A stretch of DNA of 64,000 nucleotides from Acidobacteriota bacterium (GCA_965209055.1 OZ242374.1:4640001-4704000); one strand, 5' to 3'; counted from the first letter of the stretch, positions 50,470-61,220 are shown. Program-made: numbers and translations. Notes: a model not told the origin generated them from the sequence alone.

Positions 50470-51176
50470 GCCACGATTCGAATGTCCTGAAAGGCGCCCT
50501 TCTGGAAGAGCCGAATCTCACCCAGCCGGACCAGTTCCAGGAGCGCCATGAGGGCAACCACCAGGTGGCGCCGGGAAATGCCCCGCTTGAAGAAGAGTGA
50601 GAAGAAGAACTCGCCCTCCAACTGGAGGAGCCGGCGAATCTCGTCGATCTTGCCGTCCAGCGTCACGTCGTCCCGATCGATCTCCACCAGGATCCGGTCC
50701 TTGTACCGGTTCACGATCCGGTGAAACGCCCGGACCACGTCGAAGAGATCGACCACGACCATCTCCTTTTCTTCCTCCGCGAACTCGTTCGTTCCCCGGG
50801 TCCAGGAGGACTGCTCCAGGATCTCCTTTTCGTGGAGCAGGTGGGCCGCCTTCTTGAACTGTTCGTATTGGAGCAGATCCCGGACCAGTTCCTCCCTGGG
50901 ATCTTCCTCCGGTTCCGGCTCGGACAAGTCGTCTTCGGGTAGGAGCATTCTGGACTTGATGTGGATCAGCGTGGCCGCCATGACCAGGTATTCACCGGCC
51001 ACGGTCATGTTCAGATCCCGCATCAACTGCAGGTAGTCCAGGTATTGCCGGGTCACCCGGGCGATGGGAATGTCCCGGATGTCCAGTTCCTGGGTCCGGA
51101 TCAGGTGGAGCAGCAGATCCAGCGGGCCCTCGAAAACATCGAGCTGAACCTGGCAAGTCTCCGTCTCGGTCACCAT
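50463..51176 (-). CDS. scpA: Segregation and condensation protein A
   Basis: FEGPLDLLLHLI, YLVMAATLIHIKSRMLLP, ALLEL. Confidence 0.95.
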   Translation of the reverse strand: MVTETETCQVQLDVFEGPLDLLLHLIRTQELDIRDIPIARVTRQYLDYLQLMRDLNMTVAGEYLVMAATLIHIKSRMLLPEDDLSEPEPEEDPREELVRDLLQYEQFKKAAHLLHEKEILEQSSWTRGTNEFAEEEKEMVVVDLFDVVRAFHRIVNRYKDRILVEIDRDDVTLDGKIDEIRRLLQLEGEFFFSLFFKRGISRRHLVVALMALLELVRLGEIRLFQKGAFQDIRIVAC

Positions 51177-52177
51177 TGCGAACGCCGGTCGTAATTTATA
51201 TTCATGGCCTGACGCACCTCCCCCAAGGTCTCCCGGGCGCGGCCCCGAACTCGCCGGCTGCCCTCCACCAGGATCTCCTTCACCTTCTCCCGGTCTTTCT
51301 CCAATTCGACGCGCTTCTGGTGCAAGGGCTCCACGACCGGGATCATTCCCTGAAGCAGCCGGCGCTTGCAGTCGATGCAGCCGATCTTCGCCGTCCGGCA
51401 CCCCTGCGCCGCCCACTCCTGTCCCTCGGGCGGCGTGAAGACCTTGTGGTGGTCGAAGACCGGACACACCTCAGGGTCGCCCGGGTCGGTCCGGCGCACC
51501 CGCGCCGGGTCGGTGACCATGGTCATGACCTTGCGGCGAATCTTGCCCGGGTCCTCCGACAACTGGATCACGTTGCCGTAGCTCTTGCTCATCTTCCGGC
51601 CATCGGTGCCCGGCAGCCGCGGCGTGGTGGTGAGTTTGGCCTGGGGTTCGGGAAAGACGCGGCCGAAGAAGTGGTTGAAGCGCCGGGCGATCTCCCGCAC
51701 CAGCTCCAGGTGGGAAACCTGATCCTCGCCCACGGGCACGACTTCTCCCTTGTAGATCATGATGTCGGCCGCCTGCAGAACCGGATATCCCAGGAAGCCG
51801 TAGTTGGAGAGGTCCTTCTCCCGCAACTGCATGACCTGCTCCTTGTAGGTGGGAACCCGCTCCAGCCAGGGCACGGGAACCACCATGGACAAGAGCAGAT
51901 GGAGCTCGGCATGCTCCGGCACCAGGGACTGGATCATCAGGACCGATTTTTCAGGATCGAGCCCGGCCGCGATCCAGTCGATGGCGATTTCGATCACGTT
52001 GTCCTGGACCGCGCGGGTGTCCTGGTACTCGGAGGTCAACGCGTGCCAATCCACGATCCCGTAGATGCAGTCGTACTCCTCCTGCATGCCGACCCAGTTG
52101 TCCAGGGCGCCGATGAGGTGTCCCAGGTGCAACCGTCCCGTCGGCCTCATGCCGCTGAAAACCCGTTTCTTGGTCAC
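51170..52177 (-). CDS. trpS: Tryptophan--tRNA ligase
   Basis: SGMRPTGRLHLGH, YPVLQAADI, VPVGEDQ, KMSKS; GTG start at 52177. Confidence 0.97.
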   Translation of the reverse strand: MTKKRVFSGMRPTGRLHLGHLIGALDNWVGMQEEYDCIYGIVDWHALTSEYQDTRAVQDNVIEIAIDWIAAGLDPEKSVLMIQSLVPEHAELHLLLSMVVPVPWLERVPTYKEQVMQLREKDLSNYGFLGYPVLQAADIMIYKGEVVPVGEDQVSHLELVREIARRFNHFFGRVFPEPQAKLTTTPRLPGTDGRKMSKSYGNVIQLSEDPGKIRRKVMTMVTDPARVRRTDPGDPEVCPVFDHHKVFTPPEGQEWAAQGCRTAKIGCIDCKRRLLQGMIPVVEPLHQKRVELEKDREKVKEILVEGSRRVRGRARETLGEVRQAMNINYDRRSQW

Positions 52178-52278
52178 GTTTTCGGCCTCCCTATCGCCGC
52201 GGCCGCCGTCCGTCTTCGAAAGCGACGCCCATGATTTACCAGATACCCCCGTCTCGCAACCGGGGGAAAGGCGACTCC

Positions 52279-52359
52279 GGAGCGGCGACATTCTTGTCGC
52301 CGGCTGGGCCAGGCGACGTTCCGGTCGCCTCTCGTCGGCGACAGGAACGTCGCGGCTCC
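52279..52359. repeat. REP-like palindrome cluster (inverted pair plus central unit)
   Basis: GGAGCGGCGAC-ATTCTT-GTCGCCG ... CGGCGAC-AGGAAC-GTCGCGG-CTCC. Confidence 0.75.
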
Positions 52360-52375
52360 ACTATAATGGCCCCCC

Positions 52376-53179
52376 GTGAGCGGCCTCCTTTTCAACACTG
52401 CCTTTGCATTTTATGTGGCCGGACTCGCATTCAGCACTCTCGTCTTCTTCGCCAACAAGGCAGCCCTCTTTCGAATTGCGGTCGTCACGGTGGGGATCGG
52501 CTTCGGATTGCACTCCGGATTCCTCATCGCTTCCGCGGTGGAGACGGCACACTTTCCGCTCACCGGTCTTCGCGATTCCCTGGGGTTTTTTGCCTGGACC
52601 GTCTCCCTGTGCTTTTTCGTTTCCTACGTCCGGTACCGGATCCGGGCCCTGAGCACCTTTCTGCTGCCGGCGGTGGCGGCACTGATGCTGGGAACGGTCT
52701 TTCTGAAGGCCTCGCCCATAAAACCAATGCTTAGCAGCGCTTGGCTCTACGTGCATACGCCGCTCATGTTCCTGGCCTACGGCATGTTTCTGGTCACTTT
52801 CGTGGCGGGCGTCCTCTACGTGTTCGAGGAACGCGAGCTCAAGAACAAGAAACCCAAGACCTTCTACTATCAGCTCCCTTCCCTGACCACACTGGACGAT
52901 CTGTTCCTGAAGTTCCTGGTGGCCGGTTTTTCCTTCATGACCGCCGGGCTCCTGACGGGGATCGTCTGGGCCGAGCAGGACTGGGTCAACGGATGGCACA
53001 AGGATCCCAAGGTCGTATCGGCCATGGTCACCTGGTGCATCTATCTGGCTCTGATCTATCTGCGGCTGACGGCAGGCTGGCGGGGAAAGAGAGCCGCGGT
53101 GGTGAGCATGGCCGGATTCCTGTGGGTGCTGTTCACCTATCTGGGCGCCAGCTACTTTGGAGGCCTTCACCAGTTCTAG
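52376..53179 (+). CDS. Cytochrome c assembly protein CcsA/HemX-like
   Basis: Multiple TM helices, WLYVH, LLTGIVWA...W..DPK; upstream of hemA. Confidence 0.85.
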   Translation: MSGLLFNTAFAFYVAGLAFSTLVFFANKAALFRIAVVTVGIGFGLHSGFLIASAVETAHFPLTGLRDSLGFFAWTVSLCFFVSYVRYRIRALSTFLLPAVAALMLGTVFLKASPIKPMLSSAWLYVHTPLMFLAYGMFLVTFVAGVLYVFEERELKNKKPKTFYYQLPSLTTLDDLFLKFLVAGFSFMTAGLLTGIVWAEQDWVNGWHKDPKVVSAMVTWCIYLALIYLRLTAGWRGKRAAVVSMAGFLWVLFTYLGASYFGGLHQF

Positions 53180-53222
53180 CCCCATCGTTCCCCTCCACAA
53201 GCGGAGCGGAGAGACCTCGAAC

Positions 53223-54488
53223 ATGCATCCTGTCCTGGTCGGATTGAGCCACAAGACGGCTCCCATCGAAATTCGGGAACGGGTCGCCTTCCGCGAGGAA
53301 GCGGTCGCGTCGGCCCTGGCGGCGTTGCGCCGCGACTACCAGTTGCGGGAGAGCATGATCCTGTCGACCTGCAACCGGGTCGAAGTTCTGGCCCAGGGTG
53401 GAGACGACGCAGAGACCATCGACGGCATCAAGGACTTTCTTTACCGTTACCACTCGCTGGAGCCCGATTCGCTCGAGCAATATCTGTACGCCCTCCGGGA
53501 ACAGGATGCCGTCGTACACGTTTTCCGGGTGGCCAGCAGCCTCGACTCCATGGTTCCCGGAGAAGCCCAGATCCTGGGACAGTTGAAACAGGCGTATGCC
53601 GTTTCGGGGCAGGCGGGAGCTGCGGGAACGGCGCTGAAGGCACTCCTTCCGTCGGCGTTTCGGGTCGCCAAACGGGTCCGGACCGATACCGGCATCTCCC
53701 AATCCGCGGTTTCGGTCAGCTCGGTGGCGGTGGAGCTGGCCCGCAAGATTTTCGGGAGTCTCAAGGACAAGTCGGTTCTGCTGCTGGGCGCGGGGAAGAT
53801 GGCCGAACTGGCCACCCGCAGCCTGGTCCGCTCCGGGATCTCCCGGGTCTTCGTCGCCAGCCGGACCGAGGCGCGCTCCCGGCAACTGGCTTCGCTGTTC
53901 GGCGCCACGTCGATTCCCCTGACCGACCTGGAAGAGCGCCTGCCCGAGTCGGACATCCTGCTGGTCTCCACCAGTTCCGACTCCTACATCCTGGGTCCCG
54001 AGACCGTCAATGACGCGGTCCACCGGCGCAAATACGCGCCCCTGTTCATCATCGACATTGCGGTCCCCAGGAACGTGGACCCCCGGGTGAACCAGATCGA
54101 AAACGTCTTCCTTTACGACATCGACGACTTGCAGACGGTGATCGGGGCCAATTTGCGGGAACGCCGGCGCGAAGCCGAGCTGGCCGAGGAGATCGTCCGG
54201 CAGGAATCCGAGCGCCACATGCAGCGCATCGCTTCCATGAGCCTCGGCCCGCTCATCGCCGACCTGAGAGGCCGCCTCGAAGAGATCTGCATGGCTCAAC
54301 TGGAACAGAGCCGCCAGGGGATGACCGACGCCGACTCCAACCGGATGGAACAGATTCTCCGCAAGACGGCCCGCCGCATCGCGCACCCCATCATCATGGA
54401 GATCAAGTCGCCGGCGCAGGACCCGCAGCGGCGTCTGCACAACATCCAGATGATCAAGCAGGCATTCGGTCTGGACAAAGGGGAATGA
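53223..54488 (+). CDS. hemA: Glutamyl-tRNA reductase
   Basis: GLSHKTAP, LSTCNRVE, SLDSMVPGEAQILGQ, GAGKMA, DIAVPRNV. Confidence 0.97.
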   Translation: MHPVLVGLSHKTAPIEIRERVAFREEAVASALAALRRDYQLRESMILSTCNRVEVLAQGGDDAETIDGIKDFLYRYHSLEPDSLEQYLYALREQDAVVHVFRVASSLDSMVPGEAQILGQLKQAYAVSGQAGAAGTALKALLPSAFRVAKRVRTDTGISQSAVSVSSVAVELARKIFGSLKDKSVLLLGAGKMAELATRSLVRSGISRVFVASRTEARSRQLASLFGATSIPLTDLEERLPESDILLVSTSSDSYILGPETVNDAVHRRKYAPLFIIDIAVPRNVDPRVNQIENVFLYDIDDLQTVIGANLRERRREAELAEEIVRQESERHMQRIASMSLGPLIADLRGRLEEICMAQLEQSRQGMTDADSNRMEQILRKTARRIAHPIIMEIKSPAQDPQRRLHNIQMIKQAFGLDKGE

Positions 54489-55423
54489 CGCGAATCCGCG
54501 TGGGGTCGCGGGGCAGCCCCCTGGCGTTGCGGCAGGCCGAGATCGTCTGCCGCGAACTGGAGCGGCGCCACCCCGGCGTCACGACCGGGATCCGGGTGAT
54601 CCGTACCAGCGGTGACCAACCTCGGCCCGAACCGCAGTTCGCAGGACTCTCGGTGAAGCGGATGTTCGTCAAGGAGATCGAGGATGCCCTCCTCCGGGAG
54701 GAGATCGACCTGGCGGTCCACAGCCTCAAGGACCTTCCCTCCGAGCTGCCTCCGGGACTCTGCCTGGCCGCGATCCCCGAACGTGAGGACCCAAGGGACG
54801 CGCTGGTTTCCTCGCTCGCCGTTCGAAGTCCAAGGGAGATCCGCCGAAACGGGCGAATCGGCACGAGTTCCCTGAGACGCACCGTCCAATTGCGGCTTCT
54901 TCGTCCCGACCTGGAGATCCTCCCACTGCGGGGGAACGTGGGCACGCGAATCCGAAAGATGGAAGAGCAACGCCTGGACGGGATCGTATTGGCGGCCGCC
55001 GGTCTCAAGAGGCTCGGCCTGGAAGACCGGATCGCATTCACCTTTTCCCAGGACCAGATGCTGTCCGCCATCGGACAGGGCGCCCTTGCCGTGGAATGCC
55101 GGTGCGGCGACCGGCAGACCCGGGAGCTGCTGGCTGCCCTCGACCATTCTCCGACCCGCGTCTGCACCGACGCCGAACGGCGGTTCCTGGAGCGAATGGG
55201 CGGAGGCTGCCAGGTTCCCATGGGGGCGCATGCCTCCCTCACGTCCCACGGCAGCGAGTTTCAAGCCGTCCTGGCCAGCCCTTACCGGCCGATCAGTCTC
55301 CGCCACCGCGTCCACGGACCCGAAGAGGAGCTTCCGCAGATGGCCCTCGACGCCGCCGAGTCGATCCTCTCCCGGGGAGGCGGCGAAATCCTTCGCGAAT
55401 TGGAGGAAAGGGGGCCGGCATGA
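54485..55423 (+). CDS. hemC: Porphobilinogen deaminase
   Basis: GSRGSPLALRQ, DLAVHSLKD, GTSSLRR, LRGNV, GGCQVP. Confidence 0.97.
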   Translation: MTRIRVGSRGSPLALRQAEIVCRELERRHPGVTTGIRVIRTSGDQPRPEPQFAGLSVKRMFVKEIEDALLREEIDLAVHSLKDLPSELPPGLCLAAIPEREDPRDALVSSLAVRSPREIRRNGRIGTSSLRRTVQLRLLRPDLEILPLRGNVGTRIRKMEEQRLDGIVLAAAGLKRLGLEDRIAFTFSQDQMLSAIGQGALAVECRCGDRQTRELLAALDHSPTRVCTDAERRFLERMGGGCQVPMGAHASLTSHGSEFQAVLASPYRPISLRHRVHGPEEELPQMALDAAESILSRGGGEILRELEERGPA

Positions 55424-56223
55424 GCCGTCCGTTGGAAGGACGAAAGATTCTGGTGACCCGGAGCCGCACGCAAGCGAGCGAGTTCTCCCGGTTCCTGCGC
55501 CAGGCCGGCGCCGACGTCGTGGAGATCCCGTCCATCGAGATCGTGCCCCGGCCCAACCGGGAGCTGGATCCATGCATCGCCAGGGCCCACCGGTTCGACT
55601 GGCTCTTCTTCACCAGCGTCAACGGCGCCGGGATCTTCCTCTCACGGGCACGGGAGTCGGACTCGCCCTTGTCCGGGAAGGACGAACCGCCCCCCCGGAT
55701 CTGCGCCATCGGACCGGCCACGGCCCGGCGAGTGGAACGGTTCGGCCGGGAGGTTCACCTGGTGCCGGCGCGCTACCAGGCGGAGGGGGTCCTGGAGGCG
55801 TTTCTGGAACTGCACTCGAACCGCATCGAGGGCTTGAACATACTGATTCCAAGAGCCAGCCAGGCCCGTTCTCTGTTGCCCCGGGAACTGACCCGCCACG
55901 GTGCTCAGGTGGAAGTGGTTCCCGTCTACGACACAGTGGTCCCGGAGGAGAGTCGATCGGTGCTCAAGCAGGCCCTCGCCGCGGGCGCGCCCCATCTCAT
56001 CACCTTCACCAGTTCGTCCACCGTTCACCATCTGATGAATCTGGCGACCGATCCGGACGGTGTTCGGTCCGTTCCCTGCGCCGCCATCGGACCCATTACC
56101 GCGGCAACGGCCCGCGAGCATGGATTCCAAGTAGCGGTCGAATCCCGGGAATCCACCATCCCGGGCCTCTTCGCGGCCATCTGCAACTATTGCGACCGGA
56201 AGGGTGTTCGGAGCCGATTGTGA
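55420..56223 (+). CDS. hemD: Uroporphyrinogen-III synthase
   Basis: ILVTR, FTSVNG, AIGPAT, FTSSSTV, AIGPITA. Confidence 0.93.
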   Translation: MSRPLEGRKILVTRSRTQASEFSRFLRQAGADVVEIPSIEIVPRPNRELDPCIARAHRFDWLFFTSVNGAGIFLSRARESDSPLSGKDEPPPRICAIGPATARRVERFGREVHLVPARYQAEGVLEAFLELHSNRIEGLNILIPRASQARSLLPRELTRHGAQVEVVPVYDTVVPEESRSVLKQALAAGAPHLITFTSSSTVHHLMNLATDPDGVRSVPCAAIGPITAATAREHGFQVAVESRESTIPGLFAAICNYCDRKGVRSRL

Positions 56224-56414
56224 AGGAACGGTATCTCGAACACCGCGGCCGCGGCGAGCAGTGACCATTCTTCCCCGCCCGGTTTCCGCAGATTTCCATC
56301 CCCGGTCTCGCGCTCTCACAGGACTGCCGTCAGGTACTGCTGGCGGGCCAGGCAAGGTGGGTCCTGGCCTGCTCAAGATCGAACGTCTCCGGGTCCCAGT
56401 GACCGTACCATTCC

Positions 56415-57053
56415 TTGAGCTCGGCGGCGGATGCCAGATCGCTTCGGCATGCCGGTTGCGTGTTCTCATGGCTACTGCGCACCTCAACATTCCAACGAGG
56501 TCTTGTGGAAATCGCGAATCAGCAGTTGAAGATGGAATGGGCTTACGACAGCGCGTTCCGCTTTTTTCCGGTCCAAACGGACGACCTCTGCGGTTATCGG
56601 CTACATGACGCCGACGCTGCGACCAACAAGATTCTGGCCCTGGCGGGACGCAGTGAGATTCGCGACTTTGTGGATGTGTTGCACCTGCACGAAACGTACC
56701 TTTCGCTTGGCGCTCTGGTATGGGCGGCCAGCGGCAAAGACCCTGGCTTCACGCCGGAGTTCCTGCTGGACCAAATGGGACGGCACGTCGCCTACCGGCA
56801 AGCGGATCTCGATCGCCTCAGTTTGAGGAAACCGCTTGATCTCAGGAGACTGAAGCTGCGCTGGATTGCGGCAGCGGATTCGGCGGCAACAACCGTGAGC
56901 AGGCTCCCTCCTGAAGAGGTGGGCTGCCTCTATCTCGGACCGGATCTAAGGCCTCGGACCCCGGATCCGGCTTCACCCGATTTTCCCCGGCTGACACGCC
57001 ACTTCGGGCGCGTTCGAGGGGCCTGGCCGACGCTTTCGCCGTACCTGGGGTGA
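56415..57053 (+). pseudogene. 5'-truncated AbiEii-like nucleotidyltransferase
   Basis: EWAYDSAFRFFP...TNKILALAGRSEIRDFVD; no N-terminal GG...DxD motif in frame and no good start codon or RBS. Confidence 0.6.
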
Positions 57054-57074
57054 CGGCTTCCTTCGCGGGTAAGA

Positions 57075-57101
57075 GGGCACCCACACAAGGGGTGCCCCGA
57101 C
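57075..57101 (-). repeat. GTAG-type REP-like palindrome (degenerate)
   Basis: Minus strand GTCGGGGCACCCCTTGTGTGGGTGCCC; related copy at 60120-60145. Confidence 0.5.
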
Positions 57102-57144
57102 ATACGGACAGCATCGGCCGTACCGGCTGGAACAGCCGCCGTCA

Positions 57145-57990
57145 CTACCTCCGGAACCGCACGTTCAGCGTCAGCTCGCTCGTGACGATCTCTCCCTTGG
57201 AGATCGCCGGCAGGAAGCGCCAGGAGTTGCGGATCGTGTCGAGGGCCATCTGGTCCAGCGTCTCGTCGACGCCCTCCACCACTTCAAGGTCGTAGACGCC
57301 TCCCCAGGGACTGATCATGACGCTGACGACCACCACCACCGGATCCTCCAGGTGGGCGGCGGCGCTCGGGAGTTTCGGTTCGGAGCCCTCCGCGAGAACG
57401 GTGGGAATGACCTCCGAGTCGGGAAAGTACCCTCGGAGCCGGGCGTCGATGTCCGAGGCCTTGTGGAGAATTCCATATCCCCGGGTGAAACCGATGTCCC
57501 GCACCATGGCGGCCGAATTGGCCGCCTTCAGATCCAACTCGGTCACCATGGAGGCCAACTGGTCGAATTGTTCCCCGGTCAAGGGTTCCAGTTCCAGAAT
57601 GCGTCCTCCCACCTTGAGGTAGCACCTGTCCGGCGGCGTCGCGAAATGATACCGCCCCGCAATGTTGTATCCCAGGAAGGAGTGGGGCTTGATCAGGCCG
57701 CTCACTTGGTAGACGTCCCTCGGGCTGGGCGGATCCTCCCGGACGATCAGGTGTCCCTGGCCGGTTCGGCCCTCCGCGTCCACCAGCACCAACTCGTAAG
57801 CGCGCACGGCTTCGAAGCTGTCCCCCAGGTTGATGAAATTCAGGATCGCCATCGCGGGGTCCAGCAATTCCACCGTCACGACACGTTGATCGGACAGATA
57901 GAGAAAATACCGGGATCCCTCTGCAGCCACGGAACCTGCTGAGAGGGCCCAGACCAGCAGTCCCAGAAACATTCCCGGCTTCTTCCACAT
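57145..57990 (-). CDS. Exported protein with C-terminal TonB-like domain
   Basis: Signal peptide; V.ISPWGGV.D.EVVEG...LDQMAL..IR.WRFLPA..KG TonB_C pattern; start uncertain. Confidence 0.7.
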   Translation of the reverse strand: MWKKPGMFLGLLVWALSAGSVAAEGSRYFLYLSDQRVVTVELLDPAMAILNFINLGDSFEAVRAYELVLVDAEGRTGQGHLIVREDPPSPRDVYQVSGLIKPHSFLGYNIAGRYHFATPPDRCYLKVGGRILELEPLTGEQFDQLASMVTELDLKAANSAAMVRDIGFTRGYGILHKASDIDARLRGYFPDSEVIPTVLAEGSEPKLPSAAAHLEDPVVVVVSVMISPWGGVYDLEVVEGVDETLDQMALDTIRNSWRFLPAISKGEIVTSELTLNVRFRR

Positions 57991-58099
57991 ATGCCAGCAC
58001 TCCATGATCCGGAATTCTAACCGGTCACCAATTCTCGCTGCCGCTGAACCCAATACGCGGCCCCCTCGTCTAGATAGATGAAATCAGGAAGACGAAAGG

Positions 58100-59992
58100 T
58101 TGAAACGAATCTCAGGCGCTTCAATTCCACTCCTTATCGTCGCCCTGTTCCTGACCCCCGCCTCCCGGGCATCCGAATCCACCGGGGAGCAACTGCTTTC
58201 GGTGGCGGCGGGTGGAACGCTTCAGGTCCACAACGATTTCGGGCGAACGTTCATCCGGGGTTGGGACGGCGACCGGGTCAAGCTCCGGTTTCGGAAGCTG
58301 GCTTCCGATCCGAATCGTCTGGACAAGATCGCCCTCGAGACCCGGGAAGGCCCCAAGCAGACTCAGATCTCGGTTCGATTCGACGATCACGTGTCCGAAT
58401 CCGCCTACCTGGAGATTCATGCTCCACGCTCGCTCGGCATCCTGGTGTGGGGAACCCATAGTGCCATCGAACTCCACGGGTTGGAAGGTCCGGTGCAGGC
58501 CTGGACTCTCTCCGGACTGTTGACCTCGGAGGACGTGACCTCTTCCGTATCTCTTCGCACCCAGAGCGGCGACATCCTCTTTCGGACTGGAACCCAACCC
58601 CGCGGCGATATCCGTCTGGAGTCTTTCGGGGGCAAAATCACCTGCCAACTGAGTCCGGATTTGGACCTCCGTGGATGGATCCGAGCGGGCGGCACCCTCT
58701 CCTGGAACGGGGAACTTGAATTGCAGAACGGGTCCCTGCAGAGGAACCTCGGGGTCGGGGGGCCTCTGCTCTACGCCAGCAGCCTCAGTGGCAACGTGCT
58801 CTGCAAGATCTTCCGGCCCGACGGCTTTCGAAAACCGCCGAAGAAAGTCGACCAAGTGCCGGTAAAACCGTTGCTTCCCCCGGCTGGAGTCCAAGGCATT
58901 TCCCATGTGCCGGAGGAGAATCGGGAACGAGACGTTCCGCGGCCGGTTGCGGAGAATCCTCACCCCGACGAACCGGACGAGCCTGCGGAACCCGGCGATC
59001 CGGTGCGCACTCAAGTAAAGGCTCCGGGTCCCGGATACTCTCTCAAGGTCCTGGTGAACTGGGTCTACCTGAACGTCTCGGTTCGGGACCCGCGCAACAA
59101 CCGGAGCGTCTCAAACCTGACGCGGGACGACTTCCTGGTCTACGAAGACGACGTGCTCCAGACCGTCGAGAAGTTCGAACCCACCGAGGCGCCCTTCCGG
59201 GTGCTCCTGCTGTTGGACGTGAGCGGAAGCACGCGGCCCCACCTGGACATGCTCCAGCGGGCTTCGGCCGACTTCTCCCGTGAAATCAGGAACAACGACC
59301 AGATCGCGATCGCCACCTTCAATTCCCGCAGTTGGCTGATCCTTCCCTTCACCAGCGATCGCGAGAAGGTGCGCACCGCTATTGACGGGATCTACTCCGG
59401 CGGCGGGACGGCGCTCTACGACGCCCTCATGGACTCTTTGACCGAGTACTCGGACGGAAGCCACGCGCGCCAAGCCATCGTGGTCTTTACGGACGGCATC
59501 GACAACCAGCTCACCGGAAACCACACCGAGGGTTCCAGCACCACTTTCGGACAACTGTTCGGAGAGATCCGGGAGTCGGATTCCTTGATCTATCCCATCT
59601 TCCTGGATCACCGGAACAACGTCGGGCCGAGGCCGCGCGGGATGTTGGGAGGCCTTCTTCAGAAGATTCCACAGCGCAGGCGTCCGACCATCTCCATCAA
59701 GCAAGAGGACCGGAACGTCTACCTCCAGGCGCGCCGGCAACTTGCCAGCATCGCCGACCAGACGGGCGCCCGGTTTTACTCGCCGCGGCGGATCCAGGAG
59801 ATGGAGACGATCTTCTCGGAGATCGCGGACGATCTCCGGGTTCGCTATCTGCTGGCCTACAACGTTCCCCAGCCACAGCGGAACCGGTCGTGGCGCTCCA
59901 TCCGGGTCGAGATCCGGGATCGTCCGGACCTGGTGACGCGCACGCGGCAGGGATACTACTCCAGTTCGGATTCGGACAGACCTCGGCGGTGA
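58100..59992 (+). CDS. VWA domain protein with N-terminal DUF4097/adhesin-like beta-repeat region and Pro-rich linker
   Basis: T.SG repeats; DVSGST, GTALYDAL, FTDGID, RYLLAY, TRQGYY. Confidence 0.8.
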   Translation: MKRISGASIPLLIVALFLTPASRASESTGEQLLSVAAGGTLQVHNDFGRTFIRGWDGDRVKLRFRKLASDPNRLDKIALETREGPKQTQISVRFDDHVSESAYLEIHAPRSLGILVWGTHSAIELHGLEGPVQAWTLSGLLTSEDVTSSVSLRTQSGDILFRTGTQPRGDIRLESFGGKITCQLSPDLDLRGWIRAGGTLSWNGELELQNGSLQRNLGVGGPLLYASSLSGNVLCKIFRPDGFRKPPKKVDQVPVKPLLPPAGVQGISHVPEENRERDVPRPVAENPHPDEPDEPAEPGDPVRTQVKAPGPGYSLKVLVNWVYLNVSVRDPRNNRSVSNLTRDDFLVYEDDVLQTVEKFEPTEAPFRVLLLLDVSGSTRPHLDMLQRASADFSREIRNNDQIAIATFNSRSWLILPFTSDREKVRTAIDGIYSGGGTALYDALMDSLTEYSDGSHARQAIVVFTDGIDNQLTGNHTEGSSTTFGQLFGEIRESDSLIYPIFLDHRNNVGPRPRGMLGGLLQKIPQRRRPTISIKQEDRNVYLQARRQLASIADQTGARFYSPRRIQEMETIFSEIADDLRVRYLLAYNVPQPQRNRSWRSIRVEIRDRPDLVTRTRQGYYSSSDSDRPRR

Positions 59993-60233
59993 CGATTCCG
60001 CATCGTTCCGCTACGCAGCCGCCATTTCGCCCATTCTTCGCGTGATTGCGGCCTCCGGTTCTTTCGTACAGGCGATCTCCAATTGGATTCCGGGGGAACC
60101 CGGTCGTTTAAACGAAACACGGCACCCTCAAGGGGTGCCGCTGCGAATTGCGGGTTGGACGCGCCGGGATGGGTGGGTGAGGGATTTGGCACGATCGTGG
60201 TGGAATCGTCACCGGATCAATCGCCAAAAGACA

Positions 60234-60287
60234 GGAACGGAGGCTTTCCAGCCTCCGATTCGGGGGGACAGGAGAGTCCCCCCCTCC
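60234..60287. repeat. Inverted pair of REP-like palindromes
   Basis: GGAA-CGGAGGC-TTTCCA-GCCTCCG-ATT-CGGGGGGAC-AGGAGA-GTCCCCCC-CTCC. Confidence 0.8.
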
Positions 60288-60302
60288 AACGGCGCGACGG
60301 GA

Positions 60303-61220
60303 TTAGGCGGCCGGGACCGTGAGGTAGCCGGCGACCTGATTCCGAACGATACGGGTGATGACCACTTCGTAGGGCTTGTCGACCCCGTCCACGAAGAAAT
60401 AGACCGGTTCGTTGGCGTACTGGCGCTTCTTTTCGATCCGCTTGCGGCCCACGTAGATGTCCAGATCGAACCGTTGCTTCTTGGCGTTGGCGTCCCGCAG
60501 ATTCAGATGAACGTCGAGGACCTTGATGAATCCTCCCTTTTCCTGCAGCTCGAATTCGATCTTTTCCCGCTCCAGAGACCGGGAGAGCTCAGCCAGGCGG
60601 TCGCTGGTGGAGTCCAGATCGCGGTCCAGCCGGTCGAGTCTCCGCTTTGAATTGGCCAAGCCGGCCCGGTTGACGCCGGCGATCTCCGTCAGATTGGTCA
60701 GACCGGCCGAGACCTGGTCCACCTGCTTGCGAACGCCCTTGTTCGCTTCCCGGAGCCCCTCGGTTTCACCTTGGAGCTTCGTGACGTCCTCCCGGTCCGC
60801 CTTGTTCGTCGCCAACGAACTCAGACCCTGAGTCTGCTGTTCCTGCTCCGACTTCAGGCCCTGGAACAGATCCCGATACTGGCTCAGCTCCTTGTCCTGA
60901 GATTGGATGCGGTTCCCGCGCCGGGTCGCCCCTTCCTCCAGCGTCCTGATCTTTTCGCCGGAACTCTCCAGGATTCGCTTCATCTGATCCAACCGCGACT
61001 CGCTGTCCGTCAGGTCCTGGTTGAGACGTTGGATCTCCTGGTGCGTGTCCCAGAAGAGGTATCCCCCCAGACCCAGGCCAATGCCGACCATCGTCCAGAT
61101 CACCGCTCCGACGAGGCGAGCTGCCCGGGGTGGGGCCGGAACCGGCTCCCGGTCAGGGTCTCCGCCCACCGCCGCCAGCAACGGATCCGCAAACTGTTTC
61201 TTGTCATCCGATCTATCCAT
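60303..61220 (-). CDS. Membrane-anchored coiled-coil hypothetical protein
   Basis: Single TM helix, long heptad region, small C-terminal beta domain. Confidence 0.7.
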   Translation of the reverse strand: MDRSDDKKQFADPLLAAVGGDPDREPVPAPPRAARLVGAVIWTMVGIGLGLGGYLFWDTHQEIQRLNQDLTDSESRLDQMKRILESSGEKIRTLEEGATRRGNRIQSQDKELSQYRDLFQGLKSEQEQQTQGLSSLATNKADREDVTKLQGETEGLREANKGVRKQVDQVSAGLTNLTEIAGVNRAGLANSKRRLDRLDRDLDSTSDRLAELSRSLEREKIEFELQEKGGFIKVLDVHLNLRDANAKKQRFDLDIYVGRKRIEKKRQYANEPVYFFVDGVDKPYEVVITRIVRNQVAGYLTVPAA

